Source: Candidatus Eiseniibacteriota bacterium (GTDB lineage: Bacteria; Patescibacteriota; Microgenomatia; Levybacterales; UBA12049). From it: DNA of 58,299 bases. The translations under genes were made by a program, and so were the position numbers. The notes under the pieces were generated by a model. The model saw only the letters and a list, made by a program, of their open reading frames with translations. It was not told the origin of the DNA and ran no database searches. Where the stretch lies: assembly GCA_035631115.1 (NCBI GenBank), contig DASQJJ010000051.1, positions 1 through 58,299 on the forward strand, given 5' to 3'. Below, piece after piece: positions 9,872-18,959 of the stretch (its first letter is position 1; every line of letters begins with the position of its first letter).

Positions 9872-9959
9872 AGGGATTATTATAACATCAGTTTTATTCT
9901 TCGCAAGGGGTCAAAACGAATTCAAATAGAAGTCCAAGAGTTTTTACTATACTCTTAAT

Positions 9960-9988
9960 TTGACAAAAAAAATAAATTATTTTATAAT
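9960..9988 (+). promoter_or_regulatory. consensus sigma70-type promoter TTGACA-N17-TATAAT
   Basis: TTGACA at 9960..9965, an exact 17-nt spacer, then TATAAT at 9983..9988. Confidence 0.55.
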
Positions 9989-9994
9989 AACTTT

Positions 9995-10103
9995 CATGAC
10001 AAGCAGACAAGCAATGATGGCTATGATGATGACCTCCTTAAGTGGGGCTGTTTCGTAGTATTCATTTTTGCCTTACGAACACCCCGCTAAGCGGGGTTTT
10101 TTT
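9995..10103 (+). ncRNA. candidate ~108-nt transcript: sRNA or leader with a Met-rich 20-codon ORF (9996..10058)
   Basis: Bounded by the consensus promoter and an intrinsic terminator. The ORF reads MTSRQAMMAMMMTSLSGAVS. ACCTCCTTA at 10032..10040 equals the 16S rRNA 3'-end (anti-SD) sequence. Confidence 0.35.
10082..10103 (+). terminator. rho-independent terminator
   Basis: CCCCGC-TAA-GCGGGG hairpin followed by TTTTTTT. Confidence 0.7.
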
Positions 10104-10132
10104 GTGGCATACAGAGTAAAAAATATTCAATG

Positions 10133-10212
10133 ATCTCCTTCTCCTTTTGGGAGAAGGTAGGGATGAGGGGAAGCCCTCACCTCAATCCTCTCCCGTGACC
10201 AGGCGAGGAAGA
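10133..10212. repeat. GC-rich double-hairpin element (CTTCTCC-TTTT-GGGAGAAG; GAGGGG-AAG-CCCTC)
   Basis: A local GC-rich island in an AT-rich spacer with two adjacent stem-loops. It resembles widespread GGGAGAGG-type intergenic hairpin repeats. Confidence 0.4.
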
Positions 10213-10251
10213 TCAAGGTTAAGTTACTAATATGGAAAGGAGGTGACATAT

Positions 10252-10440
10252 ATGTCAGAACCAAAAACGAGATACGACTTTAATTTACTTTTACCACCAG
10301 CGCCAGGAAATGGAAAACAAACGCGGTTTCGAGGAGAGAATGTTTCTAGAGAATTTACTTCTGCGGCTATACAGGTTTTTGCTAACGAAGTACTAGCTCG
10401 CAGACGAGAACAAGCGCAACAACCTAAGCGAGAAGAATAA
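10252..10440 (+). CDS. hypothetical small protein (62 aa)
   Basis: AAAGGAGGTGA Shine-Dalgarno lies 8 nt upstream of ATG 10252, which is preferred over track GTG 10243. Confidence 0.5.
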   Translation: MSEPKTRYDFNLLLPPAPGNGKQTRFRGENVSREFTSAAIQVFANEVLARRREQAQQPKREE

Positions 10441-10488
10441 AACCTTTGAAAAAAAATTAGGAAAATTAGCTTGTGATATACTCACAAT

Positions 10489-10728
10489 ATGGCTGATGTT
10501 TTATCGGGTGTATATAAACACTATAAAGGAAAATTTTACCTTGTCTTAGGTGTTGCAAGGCATACTGAGACAGAAGAAAAATTTGTTGTTTATGTTCCGT
10601 TGTATGCAAGGGAAGGACCACGAATGTCTTTAAGACCATTCGAGATGTTTTTTGAAGACGTAGAGGTTAATGGCAAAAAACAAAAAAGATTTGAATATAT
10701 TGGGTCTGAAATGCCAGAGGAAGCTTAG
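10489..10728 (+). CDS. DUF1653-like protein
   Basis: YKHYKGKFYLVLGVARHTETEEKFVVYVPLY...RPFEMF. TATACT lies 6 nt upstream of the ATG. Confidence 0.6.
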   Translation: MADVLSGVYKHYKGKFYLVLGVARHTETEEKFVVYVPLYAREGPRMSLRPFEMFFEDVEVNGKKQKRFEYIGSEMPEEA

Positions 10729-11189
10729 CGCTTTGGTGACTGCTTTTTCCTTCTCGCTTTACCACCAGTACCAACTTTTCGTCTTTCTCGTACCCGTGCG
10801 TCTACTTTAAGAAGTTTTTTTGCTTTTAATACTCCTCTATTTTTATCTCTATTTACCAATGCGAGTGCTCGAGACAATCCCAAAATAATTGCATCCAATT
10901 GTCCTGCTTTTCCGCCGCCTTCTACCTTTATAGTTACTGCATATTTTCCAACTGTATTGGTAAGCATAAGAGGCAACATATATCGTGCCTTGGCTAAAGG
11001 ACCTGGGAAGTATTTTTCTATTGGCATGCCATTAACCAATATTTGATCTTTACTTACTGCAACATCTCCCCATACTTGCCCTTCTTTAACAGAAGAGTAC
11101 AACCGCACTCGTGCAGAAGACTGCTTGCGTCTTCCAACTGCATAGGTATAATCTTGTTTTTGTTTTTTTGTAATTACTTCGTCTATCAT
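10725..11189 (-). CDS. rpsI: 30S ribosomal protein S9
   Basis: YAVGRRKQSSARVRLY...GGGKAGQLDAIILGLSRAL...SPKR. Start set at ATG 11189, 1 nt after the rplM stop. Confidence 0.9.
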   Translation of the reverse strand: MIDEVITKKQKQDYTYAVGRRKQSSARVRLYSSVKEGQVWGDVAVSKDQILVNGMPIEKYFPGPLAKARYMLPLMLTNTVGKYAVTIKVEGGGKAGQLDAIILGLSRALALVNRDKNRGVLKAKKLLKVDARVRERRKVGTGGKARRKKQSPKR

Positions 11190-11190
11190 A

Positions 11191-11619
11191 TTATTGTACC
11201 TTTCCAAACTTATCTGTATATTTGTGCTCTTCTGCTGCAAAGACGTGAAGTCTCTTGAGCATTGTAGCCCTTAATTTATTCTGTGGCAACATACCTCGCA
11301 CCGCATGCATAATAATTTCTCCCGGACGACGGGCAGACAAATCTTTAAAAGCTTCTTCCTTTAATCCACTGGTATATCCAGAATTATGGCGATACATTTT
11401 GTCTGTAGATTTTTTACCTGTTATTGCAACTTGGGATGCATTCACAACCACAACATAATCTCCACAGTCTAAATTTCTAACAAAATAAGGCTTTTTCTTT
11501 CCCATGAGCATATGGGCAATTTCTACAGCTACTCGTCCCAATACTTTTCCTTTGACATCTACTAATTGCCATTCTCTTTTAATGTCTTTTGCTTTTGTTG
11601 CTGGTGTTGCTGTATTCAT
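11191..11619 (-). CDS. rplM: 50S ribosomal protein L13
   Basis: REWQLVDVKGKVLGRVAVEIAHMLMGKKKP. Confidence 0.95.
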   Translation of the reverse strand: MNTATPATKAKDIKREWQLVDVKGKVLGRVAVEIAHMLMGKKKPYFVRNLDCGDYVVVVNASQVAITGKKSTDKMYRHNSGYTSGLKEEAFKDLSARRPGEIIMHAVRGMLPQNKLRATMLKRLHVFAAEEHKYTDKFGKVQ

Positions 11620-11665
11620 AAATTAGTTATTAGCTGCTAGCTACTAGTTGCTAGTTATATTTGAA
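11620..11665. repeat. heptad TAG array spacer
   Basis: TAG at 11624, 11631, 11638, 11645 and 11652, exact period 7. Confidence 0.8.
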
Positions 11666-12157
11666 CTACTTACTAGATGCTGACGCACGTCCTTTCTTTG
11701 TTTTCACTTCTTTTTTTACTTCTACTTTCTTAACAGGTTTCTTTGCAACTACTGCTTTAGCTACCTTAACTTTTTTTTCTGCTACTGGCGCAACTGCTGC
11801 ACTTGTTTTGTCTACCCATTCAATTATAGCCATTTTTGCATTGTCTCCAAATCGTTGTCCTACTTTTACAATTCTTGTGTATCCGCCTGGTCTATCTGCA
11901 AATCTTTTTGACAAGTCATTGATAACTTTCTTATATGCAACAACAGAAAGATATGGCTGCAGTAAAGATTCTGCATTTTCACCTTTTCTTTTTGCTTTTG
12001 TTACTAATTTTTCTACCTGACCTTTTATTGCTTTTGCCTTTTCCTCTGTTGTTTGGATTGACTCCTTTAGAACCAAATCAGTCATAAGCCCTTTTAACAG
12101 AGCTTTTCTTTCGTTTGCATCTCTTTTAAATTTTCTTCCAAATACTTGCTTTCTCAT
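11666..12157 (-). CDS. rplQ: 50S ribosomal protein L17 with K/A/V-rich C-terminal tail
   Basis: GRKFKRDANERKALLKGL...GGYTRIVKVGQRFGDNAKMAIIEWV. Confidence 0.9.
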   Translation of the reverse strand: MRKQVFGRKFKRDANERKALLKGLMTDLVLKESIQTTEEKAKAIKGQVEKLVTKAKRKGENAESLLQPYLSVVAYKKVINDLSKRFADRPGGYTRIVKVGQRFGDNAKMAIIEWVDKTSAAVAPVAEKKVKVAKAVVAKKPVKKVEVKKEVKTKKGRASASSK

Positions 12158-12244
12158 AATCTAAATAAAAAGAAAAGCGCCCACCCGCAACCCTATTTTC
12201 TATGCGAGCTGGTCGCTTCTACTGATTGGGTGATATTCCCAAAA

Positions 12245-13171
12245 CTATATATTGAGTGAAATACCTTTTTCACCTAATTTTTCTTCTATAATTGCAATGG
12301 ATTTTGCTCCCATATTTCTCATAGAAATAAGGTCTTTTCTAGGAGTACTGAGTAAATCTGCAATTGTTTCTACTCCACCATTTCGAAGACTATTGTAGAT
12401 TCGTGTTGGTAAATCTAATTCATCTACTGTTAATTTGAGTAAATCTTCAGAAATAGAGCCTGCTAAAGGAGATGCAGATTCTGACATTTCCCCTGCTGTT
12501 GGCTCGTATATTTGCTTGAAGTAATTAGATAACACTTTTGCAGACTCTTCTACTGCTTCTTTTGGAGTTACCGATCCATTTGTCCATACCTGTAAGACTA
12601 ACTTATCCATATTGGTCTTTCGTCCAACGCGGGTTGCTTCTACTGTATAGTTAACTCTTTTAACAGGAGTAAATACTGCATCTGTTAAGATAACACCGAC
12701 TTCTTCAGAAGATCTTTCTTCTGCTAAGGAATATCCATATCCTCTTTCGATAGTTATTTCCATTTCCAATTTTGCCTTTTCTCCAGAGAGAGTACCCAAG
12801 TAGTGGTCTTTATTTACAACCTCTACACCATCGGTAACTTCAATTTGTGCTGCAGTAATTTCTTTTGATCCTTTTACAGAAAGGGTAACTGTTGCACTGT
12901 CTCGTGAAGGTGCTAATGTAAAACTAACTCCCTTAAGATTGAGAAGAAAATCAACAACTGTTTCTTTAAGACCCAAAACTGTGGAAAATTTATGCTTAAC
13001 ACCGGAGATTCGAAGAGAGGTAACTGCTACGCCTGGAATAGATGAAAGAAGGATTCGTCGAAGTGCATGGCCTAATGTGTAGCCATAACCAGGCTCAAGA
13101 GGCTCCATGAAAAACTCTGCAAATGTTGCATCTGCTGTTGTTTCTTTAACTTTAAAATTAGGCTGCATCAT
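12245..13171 (-). CDS. rpoA: DNA-directed RNA polymerase subunit alpha
   Basis: GYGYTLGHALRRILLSSIPG, with C-terminal domain LDLPTRIYNSLRNGGVETIADL. Confidence 0.95.
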   Translation of the reverse strand: MMQPNFKVKETTADATFAEFFMEPLEPGYGYTLGHALRRILLSSIPGVAVTSLRISGVKHKFSTVLGLKETVVDFLLNLKGVSFTLAPSRDSATVTLSVKGSKEITAAQIEVTDGVEVVNKDHYLGTLSGEKAKLEMEITIERGYGYSLAEERSSEEVGVILTDAVFTPVKRVNYTVEATRVGRKTNMDKLVLQVWTNGSVTPKEAVEESAKVLSNYFKQIYEPTAGEMSESASPLAGSISEDLLKLTVDELDLPTRIYNSLRNGGVETIADLLSTPRKDLISMRNMGAKSIAIIEEKLGEKGISLNI

Positions 13172-13183
13172 AAACGTTTATGT

Positions 13184-13212
13184 ATTATACCAGCTATCAA
13201 GGCTGGTTTCAA
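13184..13212 (-). promoter_or_regulatory. candidate internal promoter TTGAAA-N17-TATAAT upstream of rpoA
   Basis: Read on the minus strand: TTGAAA (13212..13207), 17-nt spacer, TATAAT (13189..13184), 12 nt before ATG 13171. It could be a chance match in AT-rich DNA. Confidence 0.3.
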
Positions 13213-13224
13213 CAAGGAATATGA

Positions 13225-13839
13225 CTATCGTGAGTAGTACTCAATAATCATCTGAACATCAAAAGGTACCTCGATATCTTCCTTCTTAGGAAGCCGTACC
13301 ATCTTGCCTACTGTTGCTTTTTTCTCTAAAAATGGCAATAATGCCTTTTCTTCAGCTAGCAATTTTACTACATCTGGATTTTTTTGAATCTTTTCTCCCA
13401 AAGCAACAACATCACCCTCTTTTACTGTATACGATGGGATATTTAGCTTTTTTCCATTTACCAAGACGTGATTATGCGAGACAAACTGTCTTGCCATAAA
13501 TCGGGATTTTGCAAAACCCAATCGGTATACAATGTTATCAAGTCTTTGCTCAAGTCTGGCAACAATCTGCTCTGAGGTGTCACCCTTTGCTTTTTGCACA
13601 TCCCGCACTAAATTACTGAATTGCTTTTCCAAAACACCATACATATTCTTTGCTCGTTGTTTTTCTCGAAGCTGCTGGCCAAATTCAGATAATTTTCGAG
13701 CCCTTTTTGCCCCATGGACCCCAGGCTTCGCATTCAGTCTTTTTGCAAGATTTGCTGCCTGATTACCGTCTGTTTTGTCGATAAGGTTAATACCCTCTCG
13801 TCGTGCTAATTTATGTTTTGATTTTGTATATCGTGCCAT
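13225..13839 (-). CDS. rpsD: 30S ribosomal protein S4
   Basis: MARYTKSKHKLARREG...RLDNIVYRLGFAKSRFMARQFVSHNHVLVNGKK. Confidence 0.95.
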   Translation of the reverse strand: MARYTKSKHKLARREGINLIDKTDGNQAANLAKRLNAKPGVHGAKRARKLSEFGQQLREKQRAKNMYGVLEKQFSNLVRDVQKAKGDTSEQIVARLEQRLDNIVYRLGFAKSRFMARQFVSHNHVLVNGKKLNIPSYTVKEGDVVALGEKIQKNPDVVKLLAEEKALLPFLEKKATVGKMVRLPKKEDIEVPFDVQMIIEYYSR

Positions 13840-13921
13840 ATATTCCTTTCAGTCAAAATTAAAGATGAAAAATTAAATCTAAAAATATTTTTGAGATCTC
13901 ATTTTTGATTTCTAATTTATT

Positions 13922-14359
13922 TTACACCCTCCTCTTTTTCTTTGCCCGTGGACCATTATGAGGGACAGGCGTTAAGTCTGCAATAAGAAGAATAGAAAGT
14001 CCTGCAGCTTTAATTGCCCGCAGGGCACTATCTCTTCCCGATCCTGGACCTTTCACAAAAACCTCAACTGCTTTTAAGCCCTTCTCTACTGCTTTTTTAC
14101 ATGCATCTTCTACAGCGAGTCCTGCTGCATATGGGGTTGATTTTCGTGCACCCTTGAATCCTTTTGCTCCACTAGAACTCCATGCGACTGTTTCTCCTTT
14201 GTCATTGGTTACTGTGACAAGGGTGTTGTTGAAGGTTGCAGAAATAAATATCTTTCCATTCTGACTTACTGCTGCTGTAGATTTTTTCTTGCTAGAAGAA
14301 CCCGTTTTTACGGTCTTTTTAACAACTACTGACTTTGCTTTTGTTTTTGCTTCTGCCAT
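13922..14359 (-). CDS. rpsK: 30S ribosomal protein S11
   Basis: [39 protein letters not shown]. Confidence 0.95.
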   Translation of the reverse strand: MAEAKTKAKSVVVKKTVKTGSSSKKKSTAAVSQNGKIFISATFNNTLVTVTNDKGETVAWSSSGAKGFKGARKSTPYAAGLAVEDACKKAVEKGLKAVEVFVKGPGSGRDSALRAIKAAGLSILLIADLTPVPHNGPRAKKKRRV

Positions 14360-14360
14360 A

Positions 14361-14780
14361 TTATTTCTTTGCTGGAGCTGCCTTTGCCGCCGCGCCTGCT
14401 TCCATCTTGGTTGCTAATTCTTTCTTAATAGCACCAATGGTCATTCTCTTACCTCTTTTTGTACGTGCATTACTTCGTGTTCGTTGTCCTCTTCCTGGAA
14501 GTCCTTTTGTATGACGAGATCCTTTATACGAACCAATTTCCTTTAATCTTTTAATATTTCCTGTTACTTCTGCCCGCAAATCTCCCTCTAATTTGAATTC
14601 CTCTAAAATCTTCGCAATGGTCTTTTGCTCTTCATCGGTAAGATCTTTCATTCGTTTTGCGCGATCTACCTTTGCTCTCTCCAAGATAGCAACAACATTA
14701 CTTCTTCCAATTCCATAGAGATAGGTAAGAGAAATATCTACTCTTTTGTCGTCTGGTAAGGTAATACCTGCAACTCTCAT
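14361..14780 (-). CDS. rpsM: 30S ribosomal protein S13
   Basis: [27 protein letters not shown]. Confidence 0.95.
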   Translation of the reverse strand: MRVAGITLPDDKRVDISLTYLYGIGRSNVVAILERAKVDRAKRMKDLTDEEQKTIAKILEEFKLEGDLRAEVTGNIKRLKEIGSYKGSRHTKGLPGRGQRTRSNARTKRGKRMTIGAIKKELATKMEAGAAAKAAPAKK

Positions 14781-14845
14781 ATTTTTAGTTATCAGTTTTC
14801 AGTTTTCAACTTTCAGTTAACTGAGAGCTGACAACTGGGCGCTGA
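14781..14845. repeat. bipartite heptad stop-codon array spacer
   Basis: Minus-strand TAA/TGA at 14785, 14792, 14799, 14806 and 14813. Plus-strand TGA at 14822, 14829 and 14843, with TGG at 14836. All are on a 7-nt period. Confidence 0.8.
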
Positions 14846-14959
14846 TTAGCCCTGTCTTTGCTTATGTCGTGGGTTCTCACACACTACACGAAGCACTCCT
14901 TTTCTTTTAATCACTTTGCACTTTGCGCATCTTGGTTTTACACTTGCTTGTACTTTCAT
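14846..14959 (-). CDS. rpmJ: 50S ribosomal protein L36
   Basis: Own translation gives [37 protein letters not shown] (37 aa). It is below the ORF-track length cut-off. Confidence 0.9.
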   Translation of the reverse strand: MKVQASVKPRCAKCKVIKRKGVLRVVCENPRHKQRQG

Positions 14960-14960
14960 A

Positions 14961-15179
14961 TTATCTTCCTCTATATACTATTCTACCTTTTGTTTTGTCA
15001 TACTCGGTCATTTCGACTTTTACCTTATCTCCTGGTAAAATGCGGACAAAATTAAGGCGCATCTTCCCTGCTAAATGACACAAAACGACACTTCCGTCAG
15101 CGAGCTCAACCCTGAATAACGTATTAGGAAGGGATTCTTTGACGATCCCTTCCACCTCATAGGACCCTTGATGTGCCAT
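14961..15179 (-). CDS. infA: translation initiation factor IF-1
   Basis: [34 protein letters not shown]...RIVYR. Confidence 0.95.
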   Translation of the reverse strand: MAHQGSYEVEGIVKESLPNTLFRVELADGSVVLCHLAGKMRLNFVRILPGDKVKVEMTEYDKTKGRIVYRGR

Positions 15180-15224
15180 TTACTCTGAGTATTATATCAG
15201 GTTGAGACTGAATCGGCAATAGCC

Positions 15225-15992
15225 TCAAGGAGTAAGAATACGATGCCCTGTAGCTGTAACAGCCACTGTACGCTCAAAAAGTCCCGACAAACTCCCATCT
15301 CTACTCTTAATCGTCCAGTCGTCCGTACCTGCAAAGGCAATTTCCTTCTTGCCCATATTGTAGATAACCTCGACCGCAATAACCATACCCTCAACCAGAA
15401 GAGGGGTCTTTTCGAGCCTACGAGATAAATATCCAGGTACAGGTGGATCTTCATGAAGTTTTTTCCCAACACCGTGTCCAATAAGCTCTCTCGTAACCCC
15501 ATATCCTCCATCTTTTTCAACAATTTGCTGGATTACCTGAGAAATATGCCCTATTCTATTGCCTGGTTTTACCTGTGCAAGTGCCTCTTCGAGGGCTTTC
15601 TTGCCTGTTTTGAGGAATTGCACTACCTCTTTTGATGCTTTCTCCTCTCCTCCTACAATAACCGTTTCTGCCATGTCTGTATGAAATCCATCAAAAAGCA
15701 CCCCACAGTCAATGCCAAAAACATCTCCACTACGCAACGCATAGGAAGTTGGAATTCCATGGACCACAACGTCGTTGGTAGAGGCACAAATAGTATGGTG
15801 ATACCCTCGTACTGCCTTAAATCCTGGCTTGCCCCCCATGGAAAGAATATGCTTTTCTGCCAACGCATCTATTTCCAGCTCCGTTACGCCTGGCTTAACG
15901 TGCTTAAGCACTTCCCACATAGTTGAGGACAAGATTTTTCCTCCTTTTTTCATTGCTTCTAGTTCTTGGGGTGTTTTTATATGAATCTTCAT
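15225..15992 (-). CDS. map: type I methionine aminopeptidase
   Basis: GIDCGVLFDGFHTDMAETV...GHGVGKKLHEDP. ATG 15992 overlaps the cmk stop (ATGA). Confidence 0.9.
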   Translation of the reverse strand: MKIHIKTPQELEAMKKGGKILSSTMWEVLKHVKPGVTELEIDALAEKHILSMGGKPGFKAVRGYHHTICASTNDVVVHGIPTSYALRSGDVFGIDCGVLFDGFHTDMAETVIVGGEEKASKEVVQFLKTGKKALEEALAQVKPGNRIGHISQVIQQIVEKDGGYGVTRELIGHGVGKKLHEDPPVPGYLSRRLEKTPLLVEGMVIAVEVIYNMGKKEIAFAGTDDWTIKSRDGSLSGLFERTVAVTATGHRILTP

Positions 15993-16675
15993 TGCACTTT
16001 CTCCCATTCTTGCATAACCTCTGCAACTGTTTCTTCTTCTGTCATATCAGAATTATCCAGCACTACATATCCATATTCTTTGGGATTAGATACTAAAGGA
16101 GACGCTGATCGGTGAATATCTTTATAGTCCCTATCATTCGTATCGGCAAGAATTTGATCAAATGTAATTGTATGATTATTTTTACCCCCCATTTGCTCAT
16201 AGCGCCTTTTTGCCCGTACTTCGGGTCGTGCAGTTAAAAAAAGCTTGAGCTTTGCATCTGGAAAAATTTTTGTCGCAGCATCACGTGCATCTATAAGAAC
16301 AACAAATCCCTTTTCAATCATTTTAAGCCCAATTTCTCTCTGTCTTTTCACCATCTCTGCTCTCACCTCGGCAATGGCAGCAACTTTTGGAACAAGCTGA
16401 TTTACATCATGTTTCCTAATGCGTTCAGTTACATCAACACCATTAAGACTAACGCTGGTATTATCGAGGTCAAACCGAGTTTGGGAAAGCGCTTCTATTA
16501 CTTCTTGCTTATTTTGAGTGTTTACATTGTGCTCAAGGCAGTAAAGAGCTAAGCATCGATACATCGCGCCTGTATTAAGATGGAATCCATTGAGTCTTTT
16601 ACTAAGAAGTGAGGCTATTGTCCCTTTTCCTGCTGCAACGGGACCATCAATTGCGATTGCATGAGTTTCTTGCAT
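15989..16675 (-). CDS. cmk: cytidylate kinase
   Basis: IAIDGPVAAGKGTIASLLSKRL. It sits between adk and map. Confidence 0.9.
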   Translation of the reverse strand: MQETHAIAIDGPVAAGKGTIASLLSKRLNGFHLNTGAMYRCLALYCLEHNVNTQNKQEVIEALSQTRFDLDNTSVSLNGVDVTERIRKHDVNQLVPKVAAIAEVRAEMVKRQREIGLKMIEKGFVVLIDARDAATKIFPDAKLKLFLTARPEVRAKRRYEQMGGKNNHTITFDQILADTNDRDYKDIHRSASPLVSNPKEYGYVVLDNSDMTEEETVAEVMQEWEKVQ

Positions 16676-16677
16676 AC

Positions 16678-17232
16678 CTACTCACTTTTCTTTACCCTTT
16701 CAAGGTAGGTAAGAATCTCTTTTGAGATTTCTTCAATAGATTTTTCTCCATCAACCTCAAAAAGCATACCGTTTTTTCGATAATAATCCAAAACAGGCTC
16801 TGTAAATTTATGAAAGAGCTCGATACGCTTTCGAATGGCTAAAAGCGTCTCGTCTTGTCTATCTCCAGAATCTCTAAAAGAAAGTCTCCATAATGCCTCT
16901 CTGTCAGAAACATGCAAATAAATAACAGCGTCTACTCCATTCTTAAATTGCTTTGCTTGACCAACGGTACGGGGAAATCCGTCCATAATATATCCTTTTT
17001 CATATTCTGGGCGCGATAAGTATTCACTCACCACTTCCAATGTCTTTTCATCGGGAATAAGAAATCCTGCATTCATAACTTCTTTAATGTAGCGACCCAT
17101 TGGGGTTTTTTCCATTGCAATGGTGCGAAAAATGTGCCCTGTCGAAAGATAGGGAAGGCCTAATTTTTTGGAGAGGATATTCCCTTGCGTTGATTTTCCT
17201 GCTCCTTGAATACCAATTAAAATAAGTTTCAT
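16678..17232 (-). CDS. adk: adenylate kinase (short, no zinc lid)
   Basis: [32 protein letters not shown]. Confidence 0.9.
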   Translation of the reverse strand: MKLILIGIQGAGKSTQGNILSKKLGLPYLSTGHIFRTIAMEKTPMGRYIKEVMNAGFLIPDEKTLEVVSEYLSRPEYEKGYIMDGFPRTVGQAKQFKNGVDAVIYLHVSDREALWRLSFRDSGDRQDETLLAIRKRIELFHKFTEPVLDYYRKNGMLFEVDGEKSIEEISKEILTYLERVKKSE

Positions 17233-18515
17233 TGTACAAACCTTTCGTAATTACGCATAACAAGCTGCGCCTCTATTGCCTTAACAGTCTCTAATACTAC
17301 ACTAACAACGATTAAAATACCAGTGCCTCCCAGTAAAATTGTCTGCACGCTGGTGAAAGACCTGGCAATGGTTGGGAAAATAGCAATAATACCCAAAAAA
17401 AGAGCACCTGCAAGAGTAATTCTTGTTAAGACATAATTAAGGTATTTGGAAGTAGGCGAGCCTGGGCGAATGCCTGGAATAAATCCACCATATTTCTGAA
17501 TATCTTCTGCGATTTTCGTTGGATTAAAGATAACTGCTGTATAAAAATAGGTAAATCCAACAACGAGAAGAAAATAAGACACATTATAAATCCAGCCTGC
17601 TGGATTAAACCAAACAGTAAGATTCTGAGCAACCTGAGAAAGTGCAGGATTTTTTGTTGCAGTAAGAAAATTACCAATAAGAGAAGGCACCAACACAAGT
17701 GATACAGCAAAGATAATTGGAATAACCCCTGCCTGATTTAGCCTGAGAGGCAAATGAGTTGATTGTCCTCCATAGACTTTATTTCCTCGTACCTGCTTTG
17801 CATAAAAAATAGGGATTTGTCTGGTTGCCTCGTTGGTAATAACAATTGCCGCAATAACCATAAGCCCGAGCGCAGCAAAAAGAAGAATACTTGTTAGATT
17901 TTCGGCACTTGTTGTAGTAATAGTCTGAGTAAAGGCAATGGGGAGTCTGCCAATAATTCCCGCAAAAATAAGAAGAGAAATACCATTACCAACCCCTTTT
18001 TCTGTAATCAACTCTCCAAACCATACCAAAAGCATTGTCCCGGCAGTCATGGTTACGACAAGTCCTGCAATTTGGATAGGACTAAATCCTCCAACAATTC
18101 CCTGACTTCTTAAAAGCAGAAACATACCAAATGCTTGCAGAGCTGCCAATGGAATTGTAAGAAGTCGTGTGTATTGATTGATTTTTTGCCTTCCCGATTC
18201 TCCTTCTTTTGAAAGCGCCTCGAGACTTGGGAAAACCATAGTAAGAAGTTGGAGAATAATTGACGCGTTAATGTATGGATTAAGACCCAACGCCATAATA
18301 GAGAAATTGGCAAGGGTACCTCCAGAAAAAATATCTAAAAGTCCTAAGAATTGATTTTGAGAAAAAAGGCTTTTAAGAGCTGCAACATTAACGCCACTTA
18401 CCGGAATATGAGCAAAAAATCTAAAAACTACAAAAACAACAGCTGTGAAGAGGATTTTTCCACGGATATCTGGTGTTTGAAAGCTCTTTCTAAAAAGTGA
18501 AAGAATATTATTCAT
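17229..18515 (-). CDS. secY: preprotein translocase subunit SecY
   Basis: 428-aa polytopic membrane protein in the canonical position between rplO and adk. Contains [16 protein letters not shown]. Confidence 0.95.
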   Translation of the reverse strand: MNNILSLFRKSFQTPDIRGKILFTAVVFVVFRFFAHIPVSGVNVAALKSLFSQNQFLGLLDIFSGGTLANFSIMALGLNPYINASIILQLLTMVFPSLEALSKEGESGRQKINQYTRLLTIPLAALQAFGMFLLLRSQGIVGGFSPIQIAGLVVTMTAGTMLLVWFGELITEKGVGNGISLLIFAGIIGRLPIAFTQTITTTSAENLTSILLFAALGLMVIAAIVITNEATRQIPIFYAKQVRGNKVYGGQSTHLPLRLNQAGVIPIIFAVSLVLVPSLIGNFLTATKNPALSQVAQNLTVWFNPAGWIYNVSYFLLVVGFTYFYTAVIFNPTKIAEDIQKYGGFIPGIRPGSPTSKYLNYVLTRITLAGALFLGIIAIFPTIARSFTSVQTILLGGTGILIVVSVVLETVKAIEAQLVMRNYERFVQ

Positions 18516-18518
18516 CTA

Positions 18519-18959
18519 CTATAGAGATTCTACTGTGCCCCCTGCTTTCTCTATTTTTCCTTTTGCTTGGTTGGAAACAGGAATTTTGACGGTAAGGGCA
18601 ATCGTCAATTCCCCATCTCCTAACAACTTTACCCCATTTTTCTTAACTTCTCTTTCTTTGACAACCTTTTGCTTTACCAACGAAGCAACATCAACAACTG
18701 CTCCTTTAGAAAAAGAGGAAAGATTGTCTAGATTAATAATAACAGGATTTTTGGTAAAAGGATTATTTCTATTTTTTCCGCGGAGAAATGGCATTCTTTT
18801 AATAAGTGGGAGTGCTCCTCCTTCAAAGGATAATGCAATGGTTCTTCGTGCTTTTTGACCTTTTGTACCACGACCTGACGTCTTACTTCGTCCAGATCCA
18901 TGACCAAGGCCAAGTCTTTTCTTAGGTCTTTTAACAATTTTTATGAGTGTATTAAGCAT
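18519..18959 (-). CDS. rplO: 50S ribosomal protein L15
   Basis: GHGSGRSKTSGRGTKGQKAR. Its start overlaps the rpsE end, leaving no room for rpmD. Confidence 0.9.
   Translation of the reverse strand: MLNTLIKIVKRPKKRLGLGHGSGRSKTSGRGTKGQKARRTIALSFEGGALPLIKRMPFLRGKNRNNPFTKNPVIINLDNLSSFSKGAVVDVASLVKQKVVKEREVKKNGVKLLGDGELTIALTVKIPVSNQAKGKIEKAGGTVESL

Noticed and set aside
15197-15523. 108-aa minus-strand ORF overlapping map
   Set aside because: It is an alternative frame of a gene with clear MetAP motifs.
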